The notes: a model not told the origin generated them from the letters alone. Numbered from the stretch's first letter, positions 1 through 10,872 are shown. The stretch: 64,000 bases of DNA from an uncultured bacterium (GCA_943787795.1 CALSNU010000001.1:1056001-1120000), one strand, 5' to 3'. Program-made: numbers and translations.

Positions 1-924
1 AGCCGCTTCTGCAACAAGGTCTGGAACGCGGCGCGCTTCGTGATGCTCAACCTCGCGGGCGACCGCTCGGATGAGCCGTCCACGCGCTTCGAGGACCGGT
101 GGATCCTGAGCCGCCTCGCGCGGGCCATCGGCGAGGTCTCCTCCGCGCTGGACGAGTACCGCTTCAACGACGCGGCCTCGATGATGTACCGGTTCGTCTG
201 GAACGACTTCTGCGACTGGTACGTGGAGCTCTCCAAGCACCGGCTCACCGGCGACGACGAGGCCTCGGCCCGGGACGCCCGGACGACCCTCGCCCGGGTC
301 CTCAAGGACACCCTCGGCCTCCTGCACCCGTTCACCCCGTACATCACCGAGAAGCTCTGGGAGGCGCTCCACGAGACCCTCGGTGAGACGCCGGAGCACA
401 TGCTCGCCGTCTCTCCCTGGCCCACCGGAGACGGCCTCGCGGTCGACGCCGAGGCCGAGGACGAGATGCAGGCGGTCCAGGACCTGGTGGGGTGCGTCCG
501 TCAGGTCCGGGCGCTGACCATGGTCGCCGAGCGCCGCCCCCTGCCGGTGATCGCCAACGTGACCCGCGAGGACCTGCGGGCGGTGCTCGAGCGTCACCAG
601 GGCGCGATCCAATCCCTGGCCTTCCTCGAGTCACTCACCCTCGATAGCGCAGCTCCACGGCCCGAGGCGAGCGCCGTCGCCGTGGCCGGAGGGATCGAGG
701 CGTACGTGGTGCTCGGAGAGGACGTGGACTTCGACAAGCTCAAGACCGTCCTCGAGGGCCGCGCCGCCAAGGCCGGCAAGGCGCTCATGGGCGCGAAGAA
801 GAAGCTCGAGAACCCCGGCTTCCTGGCGAAGGCGGACGACGACGTGATCGCCGCAGAGCGGCTGCGCGTCGAGGAGCTGGAGCTCGAGAAGGAGCTCCTC
901 GAGCGCAACGTCGCTGGCTTCTGA
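1..924 (+). CDS. valS: Valyl-tRNA synthetase, C-terminal part (5' truncated by window edge)
   Basis: Frame open from base 1: SRFCNKVWNAARF, DRWILSRL, FCDWYVE, LLHPFTPYITE and the ValRS-specific C-terminal coiled coil (KKLENPGFLAKA...ERLR). Confidence 0.97.
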   Translation, partial: SRFCNKVWNAARFVMLNLAGDRSDEPSTRFEDRWILSRLARAIGEVSSALDEYRFNDAASMMYRFVWNDFCDWYVELSKHRLTGDDEASARDARTTLARVLKDTLGLLHPFTPYITEKLWEALHETLGETPEHMLAVSPWPTGDGLAVDAEAEDEMQAVQDLVGCVRQVRALTMVAERRPLPVIANVTREDLRAVLERHQGAIQSLAFLESLTLDSAAPRPEASAVAVAGGIEAYVVLGEDVDFDKLKTVLEGRAAKAGKALMGAKKKLENPGFLAKADDDVIAAERLRVEELELEKELLERNVAGF

Positions 925-932
925 GCCGGCTC

Positions 933-963
933 GCACGCCTCCTCCTCTTGGGGGGGGGCGTGC
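933..963. terminator. GC-rich hairpin between convergent valS and GT2 genes
   Basis: gcacgcctcctcc-tctt-gggggggggcgtgc inverted repeat 8 nt after the valS stop; no clear U-tract. Confidence 0.45.
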
Positions 964-1060
964 CGCCAGGCGGCGCCCTGCGGGATAGAGCGGGCTACAG
1001 CGGGGCGCCGGACCCGTTGCCGCGGTGGCTGGCCCCTCGCTGGCGGGGCGAGCCGAGCTC

Positions 1061-2422
1061 TCAGGCCAGCGCCACCGCGCGTCGCCGCTCCAGCCACGCA
1101 TTCGACTTGGCCGTGGAGGCGATCCCGAGGAGGTTCCCGGCGTCGTCGCCGAGGGCGGTGAGCGCGCGATGGACGAGGACATACCAGTCCGGCGCGAGCC
1201 CCTTGGTATCCACGAACGGCGCCAGGATCTGCATGGCCTCCTCCGGATTGCCGGCCTCCACCTCGATCTCGGCCGCGAGCAGAGTGCCCGCGAAGGACCA
1301 GGGGCCTCCTGCAGCGGGGAGCGCGGCGCGCGCGCTGTCGAAGCGGCCCTCTGCGAGGTAGAGGCCGCTGATCTTCAGGCGGGACAGCTCGTTGGTGATC
1401 GAGGGGAGGACGGGCTGCGCGAAGTGCTTGCCGTCCGCCGCGATGACCTGTTCAAAGCACCTGTGCGCCTCGACGAGGTTCCCGAGGCCTGTCTGGGCGA
1501 GGCCCTCGACATAGACGAGGTTCGGGTGGCGGTCCGGGGTGAACCGCAGGGAGTCCTGGACGGTGGCGAGCGCCTGGGCGTGGTCGCCGGCCTCTGTCTG
1601 CAGGAGGCCGAGGGCGTAGCCGATGCGCACCATGTTCTCGGCGAAGTGGCCCTCCGGTCGATTCTCGTTGCGCCTCAGGAAGGGGCCGAAGTGGCGCTCT
1701 CCGACGGCGCGGGCCTCCTGGGCCTCTCCATCCTTGATGAGCTGCACCACGAGGTAGCCCGCGATCTCCCCGTCCTCAGGATCGTCCTCGAGGCACATTC
1801 GAAGGAGGCGAGTGTTTCGGTCGTCCTTGCGGAGGCCGGTGCGGTACGCCGGGACGTCGCCGTAGTGGATGAGCGCGGCCCCGACGGCCACCGTGTCACC
1901 CAGCCCGCGGCTGTGGAGCTCGTTGAAGCCGACCGTCAGGGTCTCGTGGACGCGCCTCCTGAAGCGCATCTCGGGGAGGTTCCTGAAGAGCCTGGGGACG
2001 AAGGCAAGCTCACCGAGCTGCCTCGCGCCGGACATGACCTCCTCAGCGTCCGCGTCCATCTCGCTCGCGTTGTAGAGGGGGAGACAGCCCAGGAGGACCC
2101 GCGGGTTACGAGCCGCCTCGAGGAGGTTCTCTCCCATGTTCGGGGCCAGGCGCTCGTCCGCGTCGAGGATCAGGATGTGTGTCCCGGAAGCTCGCTCGAC
2201 GCCCGCGTTCCTCGCCCTCGCAAAGTCGTCGCACCAGGGGAAGTGGATCACGCTCGCGCCCTCGGCCTTGGCGATGGCGACGGTGTCGTCGGTGCTGCCC
2301 GTATCGACCACGATCATCTCGTGGACCACGCCACGTACGGAGCGGAGGCAGTCGGCGATAAAGGCCGCCTCGTTCTTGGCGATCATGCACAGGGAGATGC
2401 GGGGGCGCGTCTTCATGGTCAT
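1061..2422 (-). CDS. Family 2 glycosyltransferase with C-terminal TPR-like helical region
   Basis: ISLCMIAKNE, VDTGSTDDT, DDFARARN, LDADE, RLFRN..F...VHE, IHYG motifs followed by helical repeats; start ATG 2422 or 2416. Confidence 0.9.
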   Translation of the reverse strand: MTMKTRPRISLCMIAKNEAAFIADCLRSVRGVVHEMIVVDTGSTDDTVAIAKAEGASVIHFPWCDDFARARNAGVERASGTHILILDADERLAPNMGENLLEAARNPRVLLGCLPLYNASEMDADAEEVMSGARQLGELAFVPRLFRNLPEMRFRRRVHETLTVGFNELHSRGLGDTVAVGAALIHYGDVPAYRTGLRKDDRNTRLLRMCLEDDPEDGEIAGYLVVQLIKDGEAQEARAVGERHFGPFLRRNENRPEGHFAENMVRIGYALGLLQTEAGDHAQALATVQDSLRFTPDRHPNLVYVEGLAQTGLGNLVEAHRCFEQVIAADGKHFAQPVLPSITNELSRLKISGLYLAEGRFDSARAALPAAGGPWSFAGTLLAAEIEVEAGNPEEAMQILAPFVDTKGLAPDWYVLVHRALTALGDDAGNLLGIASTAKSNAWLERRRAVALA

Positions 2423-2455
2423 AACGTGCCAACGACGGCGACCCGATTCCACGAA

Positions 2456-2493
2456 GAAGCCCCCCCGTCGGCCGTGGGCGACGGGGGGGCTTC
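2456..2493 (-). terminator. Intrinsic terminator-like hairpin after the FGE-domain gene
   Basis: gaagcccccccgtcg...cgacgggggggcttc 15-bp inverted repeat ~12 nt past the stop at 2506. Confidence 0.7.
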
Positions 2494-2505
2494 TCGGGGT
2501 CGCGA

Positions 2506-4368
2506 TCAGCGGCGCCAGCCGGACCCGATGGCGCCGTTCTCGACGCGCATGCGGAGGCTGAGCGGGATGATGCGGGACTTCGCCGTGCGGCGGACCTTGG
2601 CGTCGAAGGTCAGGAAGTCATGGGTCTCCTGGACCTTCTCCTTCACGGTCGCGCCCACCCAGACGGTCTTTTGCTCGGCGGAGACCCCGGTGGTCGAGGT
2701 GCGCTTGTTGTCCTTCTGGTCCTGGGCCTTCTTGGTCTTCATGGAGGCGACGTACTCGCCGGTCTCTGCGTCCATGAAGATGATCAGGTTCTCGGTGAGG
2801 TCAATCTGGCGCAGGAGGCGCTGCTCAGGCGTGAGGAGCTCCAGCGGCGTGTCGTCGGAGATCTCGACGGGGGCTTCCTCTTCCCCTGCGGCCTCGTCCT
2901 CGACTTCCTCGGCCTCCTCCTCGGAGGAGATCACCTTGCCCTTGCCTCGGTAGGCCACCAGGTAGTTGCCCGGATCGAGCTTGGGCTCGGCGAAGGGAAT
3001 CGTCGTCGAGAAGTAGCCGAAGAGGACCGGCGCGACCCTGGAGGCGCGGTTCAGCTCGCCGCCGGGGCTCTCAGCCAGTTCATTGCGGGGCACGAAGACG
3101 GCGTATTCATAGCCGTCGACCACCGCGTAGCCCTCGGGGCGGTTGCCGTCGATGTTCTTTGTGGAGTAGCGGTCGATCCCGACCGACTCGGTCGAATCGA
3201 AGGTCTCGCCGCCCTTCCGGGCGCCGGAGTTCCGGATGACGTTGCGCCACACCGCGTCCGCGATGTCGCGCCCGGGCGCCGTGCTCGCCGAGACCCGGAA
3301 GCCGAGCCCATCGGTGGTCTCGGTCCGCGGCGTGGCGCGGCGCGTCGTGACGCGAGCGGCCAGCAGGCCGAACTGGAAGGCACCGCCCATCACCACGCGC
3401 TGGTTTGCGTTCCAGCGGGGAGCGGGCTCAAGGGTCTCCTTGCGGCCGCCAGACTTCTTGACCTTGTACTTGTTCGACTTGAACTTCGGGTAGGCCGTGT
3501 ACTGGCCGGTCGTCCACTCCCAGACGCTGCCGGACTGGTCCATGACGCCGTACGGGCTCGCGCCATCAGGGAAGGATCCGACGTTGAAGAGCTTCCTGCG
3601 GCGACTCTCCTGGGTGTGGGCGCGGCCTTCGGCCTCCCACTCGTTACCCCAGGGGAACCACTGGTCCTTGTTCCCGCGGGCGGAGTGGATCCACTCCTGC
3701 TCGGAGGGGATCCGCATGCCGGCCCACTCGCAGTAGGAGGAGGCGTCGCGGAAGTCCACGAAGACGACAGGTGCAGACTCGAGGCCCTCCGGGATGGACC
3801 ACTCCGAGTCCGCCCAGTTCTCGTCCCACCAGCGCTTCTTCATCCCGTTGTCCCACTTCTTGCGGACGTAGCGCTCGCCGGCGTCCCGAGCGGCCTTGGC
3901 CTTCTCGGCCTCGATGCGGCCGAACTCCGTCTGGGCCGCGAGGATGGCGGGCTCTCCCCAGTGGGTGGGGGGACGGAAGCCGGTGTCCTCGACGAAGGCG
4001 AGGTACTGCTCGTTGGTGACCTCGAACTTCCCCATGTGGAAGGGGAGCACCTTGACGTCGTGCTGCGGGGTCTCGCCGTCCAGTGTCCGCGCGAAGCCCT
4101 GGTAGGCCTCGGTCTGGAGCAACTCCTCGACGGCCTTGGGTTTCGAGCCCACGCGGGTGCTCCCGCCCTTGACCGGGACCGTCCCTGGGGGCGCGACCTT
4201 GGAGGCTTCGACCATGGGGGACGAGTCATCCCCCTTCTTCTTGTCCACAGAGTGGACCGTGAGCGGGTGCCCAAAGGTCGGGGACGTGAGGGTGCAGGCT
4301 GCCAGGCAGACGGTGGCTGCCAGGAAGTGGAGGGTTGTGCGCATCTGGTTCGACGTGGTGGAGGTCAT
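2506..4368 (-). CDS. Exported SUMF1/FGE-sulfatase (formylglycine-generating enzyme-like) domain protein
   Basis: F.MGKFEVTNEQY..F, PVVFVDF.DA..YCEWAG.R.PSEQEW, SPYGV.D..GSVWEW, GFRV; N-terminal signal-like segment; start 4368 or 4344. Confidence 0.85.
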   Translation of the reverse strand: MTSTTSNQMRTTLHFLAATVCLAACTLTSPTFGHPLTVHSVDKKKGDDSSPMVEASKVAPPGTVPVKGGSTRVGSKPKAVEELLQTEAYQGFARTLDGETPQHDVKVLPFHMGKFEVTNEQYLAFVEDTGFRPPTHWGEPAILAAQTEFGRIEAEKAKAARDAGERYVRKKWDNGMKKRWWDENWADSEWSIPEGLESAPVVFVDFRDASSYCEWAGMRIPSEQEWIHSARGNKDQWFPWGNEWEAEGRAHTQESRRRKLFNVGSFPDGASPYGVMDQSGSVWEWTTGQYTAYPKFKSNKYKVKKSGGRKETLEPAPRWNANQRVVMGGAFQFGLLAARVTTRRATPRTETTDGLGFRVSASTAPGRDIADAVWRNVIRNSGARKGGETFDSTESVGIDRYSTKNIDGNRPEGYAVVDGYEYAVFVPRNELAESPGGELNRASRVAPVLFGYFSTTIPFAEPKLDPGNYLVAYRGKGKVISSEEEAEEVEDEAAGEEEAPVEISDDTPLELLTPEQRLLRQIDLTENLIIFMDAETGEYVASMKTKKAQDQKDNKRTSTTGVSAEQKTVWVGATVKEKVQETHDFLTFDAKVRRTAKSRIIPLSLRMRVENGAIGSGWRR

Positions 4369-4430
4369 GGAGGCCCACCAGGGGTTTCCACGACCTAGCG
4401 ACGGGCGTCGCCGGCGTTTCAGCAACAGAC

Positions 4431-4464
4431 AAAAAAAGGACCGGGAGCGACGCGTCGCTCCCGG
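4431..4464 (-). terminator. Rho-independent terminator downstream of the HD-GYP gene
   Basis: Perfect palindrome ccgggagcgacgcgtcgctcccgg (4441-4464) followed on the minus strand by T7. Confidence 0.7.
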
Positions 4465-4560
4465 AGGAGGGCAAGCAGTTTAGCGGCGGAGGAACGACCT
4501 CACTACCCCCTGGGCTGGATGGACCCGGGAGCCGGCTCTTGGGGGCCCGGTTCCGGCTCC

Positions 4561-5676
4561 TCAGGTGCGAACTGTCGCGGTGTGAGGCGAGCCCGGGGGC
4601 GCCGTTGGCGTCCCCTTGGGCGGGTGGGGGCCATCGGCGCCCCTCTCGGCAGGGACGAGCAGTCCTGCAGCGGCGAGATCGGCCCTCGGCGCCATCAGCC
4701 ACTCATCCCCGTGCACCTCGAGGAGTCTCAGGAACGTATCGATGATGTCAGGCGCGAAGGCTCGACCGGCCTGGGACTCGAAGAAGTCGATGGTCTTCTG
4801 GAGGGACCAGGCGCCCTTGTAGGAGCGACGCGTGGTCAGCGAGTCAAAGACCTCCACGACGCAGAGGATCCGCCCTGGCCGGGAGATCTCCTCACCGCGC
4901 AGGCGGAACGGGTAGCCCAGGCCGTCCCAGCGCTCGTGGTGCTCGACCACGTACTGGACGACACGCTTGAGCTGCGGGTGCTCGCCGAGCCTCTCGGCGC
5001 CGACCAGCGGGTGCCGCTGCATCTCACGCCGCTCGGCGGGGGTCAGGGGACCCTTCTTGGTGAGGAAGCCGAGGTCGTCGAGGAAGATCTTGCCGTAGTC
5101 GTGGGCGATGGCTCCAAGCTCAAGGTGCTCGATGGTCTTCCGGTCGAGCCCGAAGTCCTCGGCCACCATCTTGCAGTACTTGCGCGTCCGCTCTCCGTGC
5201 CCCGCGGTGTACGGGTCCACGCGCTCGATGGACTTGGCCACCAGGCCCGAGAGGATGTCCACGAGGTCCTGGTAGGGGAGCTCCTCGGAACGGAGCCTTT
5301 GCTCTCGGACCGAGCGCTGGATGGTGGCGCCGAGGAGCTCGGGGTCCACCGGCTTCTGGAGGTAGTCCACGGCGCCGACCTTCATGGCCTGGACCGCCGC
5401 TTCGACCCTGGGATAGCCCGTCATGAGCAGGCAGATCGCTTCGGGACGGAGCCGGCGAGTGGCGGCGAGGATCTCCTCGCCCTCGCTCGTCCCGTCAAAG
5501 ACGACGTCGGTGACCACGGCGTCGAAGGGGGAAGTCTCCACCTCGCGGATCGCGGCGGCTGACGTCGAGGCCAGGACCACGTCGAGGCCCTGGGCCGTGA
5601 GCGACGCGCCGAGGACATCGAGGGTGAGCTGCTCGTCGTCGGCCAGCAGGACCTTCAGCGGGGGACTTCCTTCCAT
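4561..5676 (-). CDS. Response regulator with REC + HD-GYP domain (putative c-di-GMP phosphodiesterase, RpfG-like)
   Basis: LLADDE...VTD...TG...QKP receiver; DPYTAGH, HDYGK, HHERWDGLGYP, FDSLTTRRSYK. Confidence 0.93.
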   Translation of the reverse strand: MEGSPPLKVLLADDEQLTLDVLGASLTAQGLDVVLASTSAAAIREVETSPFDAVVTDVVFDGTSEGEEILAATRRLRPEAICLLMTGYPRVEAAVQAMKVGAVDYLQKPVDPELLGATIQRSVREQRLRSEELPYQDLVDILSGLVAKSIERVDPYTAGHGERTRKYCKMVAEDFGLDRKTIEHLELGAIAHDYGKIFLDDLGFLTKKGPLTPAERREMQRHPLVGAERLGEHPQLKRVVQYVVEHHERWDGLGYPFRLRGEEISRPGRILCVVEVFDSLTTRRSYKGAWSLQKTIDFFESQAGRAFAPDIIDTFLRLLEVHGDEWLMAPRADLAAAGLLVPAERGADGPHPPKGTPTAPPGSPHTATVRT

Positions 5677-5752
5677 CGTCCCTTGGATAGCAGTCGAGAG
5701 GTCCCGATGGAAGCGGCTAGGCTCGGGTATCGTCCTACACCAAGCTGATCCC

Positions 5753-6745
5753 ATGACAGGCCCCACTCAACTCACCCTCGAGATCCCCGCCGAGCACAAC
5801 GGCGCCCGCCTCGATGTGGCGCTGGCTGCGCTCGTCCAGGGACAGTCACGGAGCCAGCTCCAGCGCCTGATCAAGGACGGGGGCGTGCAGGTGGCCGGTC
5901 GGGAGATCCGCCGCCCGAACACCCCCGTGGAGGGCGGGGCGCAGGTGGAGCTCACCCTTAGCGGCGATAGGGAGGTCTCCACGGACGTCGGAGGCGCGGC
6001 GATCGTGGAGCTCGAGGTGATCCACGAGGACGAGTCGATCATCGTGATCAACAAGCCCGCGGGGCTCGTGTGCCACCCCAACCCCCGGCAGACCCGCGGG
6101 ACCCTGTCGGACCTCGCGGTGGAGCGCTTCGGGCCGCTGCCCGAGGTGCAGGGCGAGAACCGGCCTGGGATCGTCCACCGCCTCGACCGGCTCACCAGCG
6201 GCGTGATCGTCTTGGGGAGGACGCTCCCGGCGCTCAACGCCCTGAAGAAGCAGTTCAAGGACAGGGAGGTCTCGAAGATGTACCTGGCCCTCGTGCACGG
6301 CGTGCCGCGGTTTGACTCGGAGTGGCGGACCGGGGCCATCGGTGCCTCCCCCAAGAACCCCGAGCGCATGCGCGTGGTCCCCTCGGCGCTGGAGGGCGAA
6401 CTCGTCGAGCGCGGCGAGGCGCGGACGGCCGAGACGCTGATCGAGCGCGTGGAGGAGTTGGGCCCGGCGACCCTGGTCGCCGCGCACCCCAAGACCGGTC
6501 GCACCCACCAGATCCGCGTGCACCTGCAGGAGGCCGGGCTGCCGATCGTGGGGGACCGGGCCTACTCCAACGGCGGTGCCCAGAAGCACCCGCTCCCGAG
6601 GAGCGTGCACGGCATGGAGCGGCCAGCGCTCCACGCCCGGCGCATCACCTTTCGCCACCCCGACACCGGCGAGGATGTGACCTTCGAGGCGCCGCTGCCG
6701 GCGGACATGGACGCGCTCATCGGCGCCCTTCGGGCGGCTCGCTGA
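5753..6745 (+). CDS. rluD: RluA/RluD family 23S rRNA pseudouridine synthase with S4 domain
   Basis: RLD..LA...SRSQLQRLI (S4), NKPAGLV.HP, RPGIVHRLDRLTSG, TGRTHQIRVH, LHA. Confidence 0.9.
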   Translation: MTGPTQLTLEIPAEHNGARLDVALAALVQGQSRSQLQRLIKDGGVQVAGREIRRPNTPVEGGAQVELTLSGDREVSTDVGGAAIVELEVIHEDESIIVINKPAGLVCHPNPRQTRGTLSDLAVERFGPLPEVQGENRPGIVHRLDRLTSGVIVLGRTLPALNALKKQFKDREVSKMYLALVHGVPRFDSEWRTGAIGASPKNPERMRVVPSALEGELVERGEARTAETLIERVEELGPATLVAAHPKTGRTHQIRVHLQEAGLPIVGDRAYSNGGAQKHPLPRSVHGMERPALHARRITFRHPDTGEDVTFEAPLPADMDALIGALRAAR

Positions 6746-6915
6746 GGGTCTCCACGGGACTTCCGAAGGTCCTCCAAGGGGCTTCCACGGGGCCTCGCAC
6801 GCGCGGCGCCCAGGCCGTCGCTTCTCCACCGCAGCCCCGCCCGGGAGGGTGCCCTGACGGGGAGGACGCCAGCGAGGCGGTGCCGCGAATCGCGACCCGG
6901 GCTTGTGCCCGCGGT

Positions 6916-6999
6916 CTACTCCCCGGCAGCGACTCCCCGACAGCGACTCTCCGACAGCGACTCTCCGGCAGCGACTCTCCGACAGCTACTCTCCGACAG
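6916..6999. repeat. Tandem repeat, 6 x 14 bp (C[G/T]ACTC[T/C]CCG[A/G]CAG)
   Basis: Units read directly at 6916, 6930, 6944, 6958, 6972, 6986; the last unit contains the stop codon of the minus-strand gene. Confidence 0.95.
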
Positions 7000-9900
7000 G
7001 GTCGAAGCGCAGCCGGGTGCGCGTATCCCTTGAACCCTTCACGGTGACGCGCTTGCGCTCCGTGCGTCCGTCCTGAGCCCTCGCGGTGATGGTGTAGCGA
7101 CCGGGGGGGAGCGGCCCGAACCGCTGCTCTGTGGTGGAGACGCCCTCGCCGAAGGACCTGAAGAGCTCGGTCCCGACGAGCCCGCTGACCTCACGGCCGT
7201 CGCTGTCCACGACCGTCACCTCGGCGCGGACTGGCGTGTCATCCTTCTCCACGGTGCGGACCACAAGGCTGCTCGCCTCATCGACCTCCAGTCGGACCTC
7301 GGTGTCCTGGCCGGCGCTGACGACCACGCCGTCCACGGTCTCGGAGGCCTGCCCATCGCCGCGCGCGGACACCACGTAGGTGCCGGGGTTGACCCTGGAG
7401 TAAGAGAAGCGGCCGTCGCTTCCGCTGCGCACGGTGGAGATCGCGTCCACCGGGCGGCCCGAGGCTTCACGCACGAAGATCGTCGCGCCCGCGAGAGGCT
7501 CACCGTCCTTCCCGACCACCTGGCCGATGACTCGGCCGGGGCTCGAGAGCCGGACATTGACGCCGCCGGTCACGGACGTGGCGTTGACCTCGACGCCCTC
7601 GACCACGGCCACACCAAAGGCGTCTCCGGTGGAGCCACCGCCGCGGCCCCAGCCCCGGCTGCCCACCCGCAGGGCATAGGTGCCGGGGTCCAGGTCATCG
7701 AGCTCGTACCGCCCGTCTGCGTCGGTGGAGGCGGAGCGCGGGTCGAAGCGATTGAAGGAGAACGAGGTGCTCGGCTCCGCGGTCACTCGGATCCCGGCGG
7801 CGGGCCGGCCGTCGGAGTCCGTCACGCGCCCGGAGATGCCGCCCTCGGGGAGCTCGAGGTTCACGCGCTGCTCGCCGCTGCTCGGCACGTCAATGAGGAA
7901 GGCGTTGCGGCGGGACCCGCGCTCGACGGACACCAGATAGGCGCCCGGCCGGTCCAGCTCGATCCTGTAGGCGCCGGCCTGAACGTCCGCGCGCTTGAGG
8001 TTGGCGAAGAGGTCGCCGCCCTCGCGGGCGAAGGTGACGTTGCCGCCGTTGACCGCCACCCCCGCCGCGGGTGACCTCGCCCAGGACAACCACAGGGTCC
8101 CGTGGCTCGGCCCCGAGCTCCACGAAGACCTGGCCGCCGTCCTCGACCTGGACCTCCTGGCTGAGGTTCTGGGCCATGAGCTCGAAGAACGCGCTCTCGT
8201 CGCGGGCGCCCTCGAACGTCTTGAACATCTCGCGCTCCCCAGGGGACGCGTTCACGGTCCACTTACCCGGGGGGACGGTCTCGAAGGTGAAGCTCCCGGT
8301 GGAGTCGGTGGTCGCCGTCTCGGCGCCTCCGAACATGGCCATCGGGCCGCCTCCCTGGGCGTAGGTCACGCGCCGCCCGGCCCAGGGGCTGCCCTCTGCG
8401 TCGCGCACGATGCCGCTGATCCTCCCGCCGCGACGGAGCTCCAGCACCAGTCCTTCCGACACCTCGCCGGCGACCACGTCGATGCTGGCGGGCTCCGACT
8501 TGGCCCACCCCTCGCCGGAGGCCTCGAAGGTCTGGGCTCCGGGCTGCATGTCTTCGATCTCGAACGTCCCGTCCTCGCCGGAGGTCACGCCTTGCTCACG
8601 ACGGCCCCAGCCGCCGAAGCCGCCGCCGGCCTGGGCGCGGGCCACCGTGGCGCCCGCGACAGGGGCGCCGCCCGGGCCCACCACGAGGCCACGAACGCTG
8701 CCGCGGCGCTGGAGCGTGAAGCGCGGCTCAGGGCCCGTCTGGGGGACGATGACGGTGCGGGTCTGATCCTCGGGGGCCGTGTAGCCGGACGCCCGGATGG
8801 ACACCTTCCAGGTCCCCGCGCTGAGGCCGGCGACCGAGAAGCGACCGTCCTCCGCCGAGGTGGTCTTTCGAACGCCGTCGCCCGCACCCGAGCGGGAGCT
8901 GTAGCCCTCGCGCGCGGCCCTGATCTCGAAGTCGGTCACGGGGTCGCCGGCATCGTCGATCACCAGGCCGGAGAGGGTCAAGGTCGCCCGGAGGGTGAGC
9001 TCGACCGGCTCGCTCGAGCCGGGTTCGACGTCTTCTGCAATGGCGACCAGCTCGGTCGGCGGAGCGTCATCGCCCATGACCTCCGTTGTGGCCACGACCC
9101 TGACGGCTGACTCGGTCAGCGCGTCGAAGCGGAACCGGCCCTCTCCATCGGCCGTCGTCTCTTTTCGCTCGGGGCCTCGATTGCGGCCCCCCCCAGAAGT
9201 TGCGTCGTCCCTCATCTCCGCCGGAGGAGGCGCGCGCCTGCTCCAGCCGGACCTTCGCCATCGCCGCCGGGGAGCCGTCGGGCATGAGGACTGTGCCAGT
9301 GATCGGACAGGCCGCGCACCATGGTGATGGTCGTCCCGGTGAGCGTCATTCCGTCCTCGACCTCGACTCGCTCGGCGGTCTTGCCGCCCCGCCAGCCGTC
9401 GAGGTTCGCGGCGACGGAGTACTGCCCGGCGGAGAGGCCGAGGAGCTCGAACGCGCCGTCACCGTCGCTGGTCGTCTCCCGCTCGGGGCTCCTTCCGCCG
9501 AACATCATGCCTCGCTGACCTGAGGCCTTGAGCGTGGCGCCGGCGACGGGCATGCCGCCTTCATCGAGTACGCGTCCTGCAATGCGGCCGCCCGCGTTGA
9601 GCATCATCGGGCAGTTCGTTCTCGTGCCAGGGCTGAGGTCGAGTGCCTCGCTCCGCCCTGGCGCGAGAGTGGGGATGTCCACGCTCACGGTCAGGGTGAG
9701 ATCCGGGCGCACGCCGCGGAACTCGAAGGCGAGATCTTCATTCAGCTCGGCCCGACGGTCCGTCCACCCCATCCCGCGTCCGCGGCCGCGGCTCATGGTG
9801 CCGCCCGAGAGGGACACCGTGCCGAAGCTGCCCTCATCGTCGGCCTCCAGCGCGGCACCGCCGGCCTGGACCACGCCGGTGACCCAGGCGCCGAGTTCCG

Positions 9901-10546
9901 GTTGGACGACGACACGATCCACGCCGGCAGCGAGGTCCACCTTGACCGGCTCAGCCAGGAACAGGAAGCGGCCGTCGAGCTGGATCAGCCCTTCGCTCGC
10001 CTCGTTGTCGAAGCGGAGCTCCACCAGGCCCGACGGCGCGGCCTCGGAGACGCTCCAGAGCAGCCGGTCTTCGTCGCTGAACTCAGCGATGGAGCGCAGG
10101 GCCGAGGCGCCAGAAGAGCGCCTGCGGAAGCGCCGACGGACCCCCTCGTCGCGCCAGTTGACATCCTCCGTCTCGACCTCGACCTCCGACCAGCCGATGA
10201 GTCGAAGCTCCTCGTCCATGGGCGCTCCGGCGGGGAGCTGGAGCTCGACGGTGACCACGCGGACGCGGTCGTCCTCCACGTTGGAGCTGGCGCTTAACCC
10301 GCCGAGGTCGATCACCTCGGGGGAGAGCTCCACGCTGGCGCGGGCCGCCTGGTTGCCGCTGAGGTCGGCCAGGGGTTGAGGGGCTCGCTCCGCGCGGTCG
10401 GCGGACGGGCTCGCGGCCCGAGCCACGTTGACGGACTCGTACCCGACGCTGTCCTCGGCGGCGCCTCCCCCGGAGAAAAAGAGGACGGCGGCGATGGCGG
10501 CCACGGCGGCGGCTGCAGCGAGCGCGAGGAGGGCCTTTGTGTTCAT
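6986..10546 (-). CDS. Large membrane-anchored protein with multiple carboxypeptidase-regulatory-like (beta-sandwich) repeats; three apparent +1 frameshifts (~9305, ~9190, ~8060)
   Basis: ORFs 9212-10615, 9067-9285, 7890-9215 and 6986-8089 join into one protein with repeated I.G.V.D.dG.PvaGA.V...T..dG.F....L.pG.Y motifs; N-terminal hydrophobic MNTKALLALAAAAAVAAIAAVLFF. Confidence 0.8.
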
Positions 10547-10767
10547 CAGTAGCTCGGGGGGCGGATCTGCGACAGATTCGCCGCGGAGGGGGGAGCAGCG
10601 GCAACATTCATGCAAATCCCTGGCGATGCCGCGGGGCGGTGATCCGCATCGATCATGGAGGCAGTCCGGGCTCTGCTCTGTAAGATCTTCGGCCCCGCAT
10701 GCCCTTCAGGTCTCGACCTGGCGCCGGCGCCCGGTCTCCCCCGATGGGCCCGGTCGGACCGGTCCGG

Positions 10768-10821
10768 CCGGTTCGCCTGATCCGCTCGGTTCGCCTGACC
10801 CACCCGGTTCGCCTGACCTAC
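10768..10821. repeat. Tandem repeat, 3 x 18 bp (cggttcgcctga core) with degenerate flanks
   Basis: ccggttcgcctgatccgc / tcggttcgcctgacccac / ccggttcgcctgacctac upstream of the carboxyltransferase. Confidence 0.85.
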
Positions 10822-10872
10822 CCGGTCCACCCGGTCGGGCGGGGGCCACGACCCATTCCCACGCCTAGCTTC

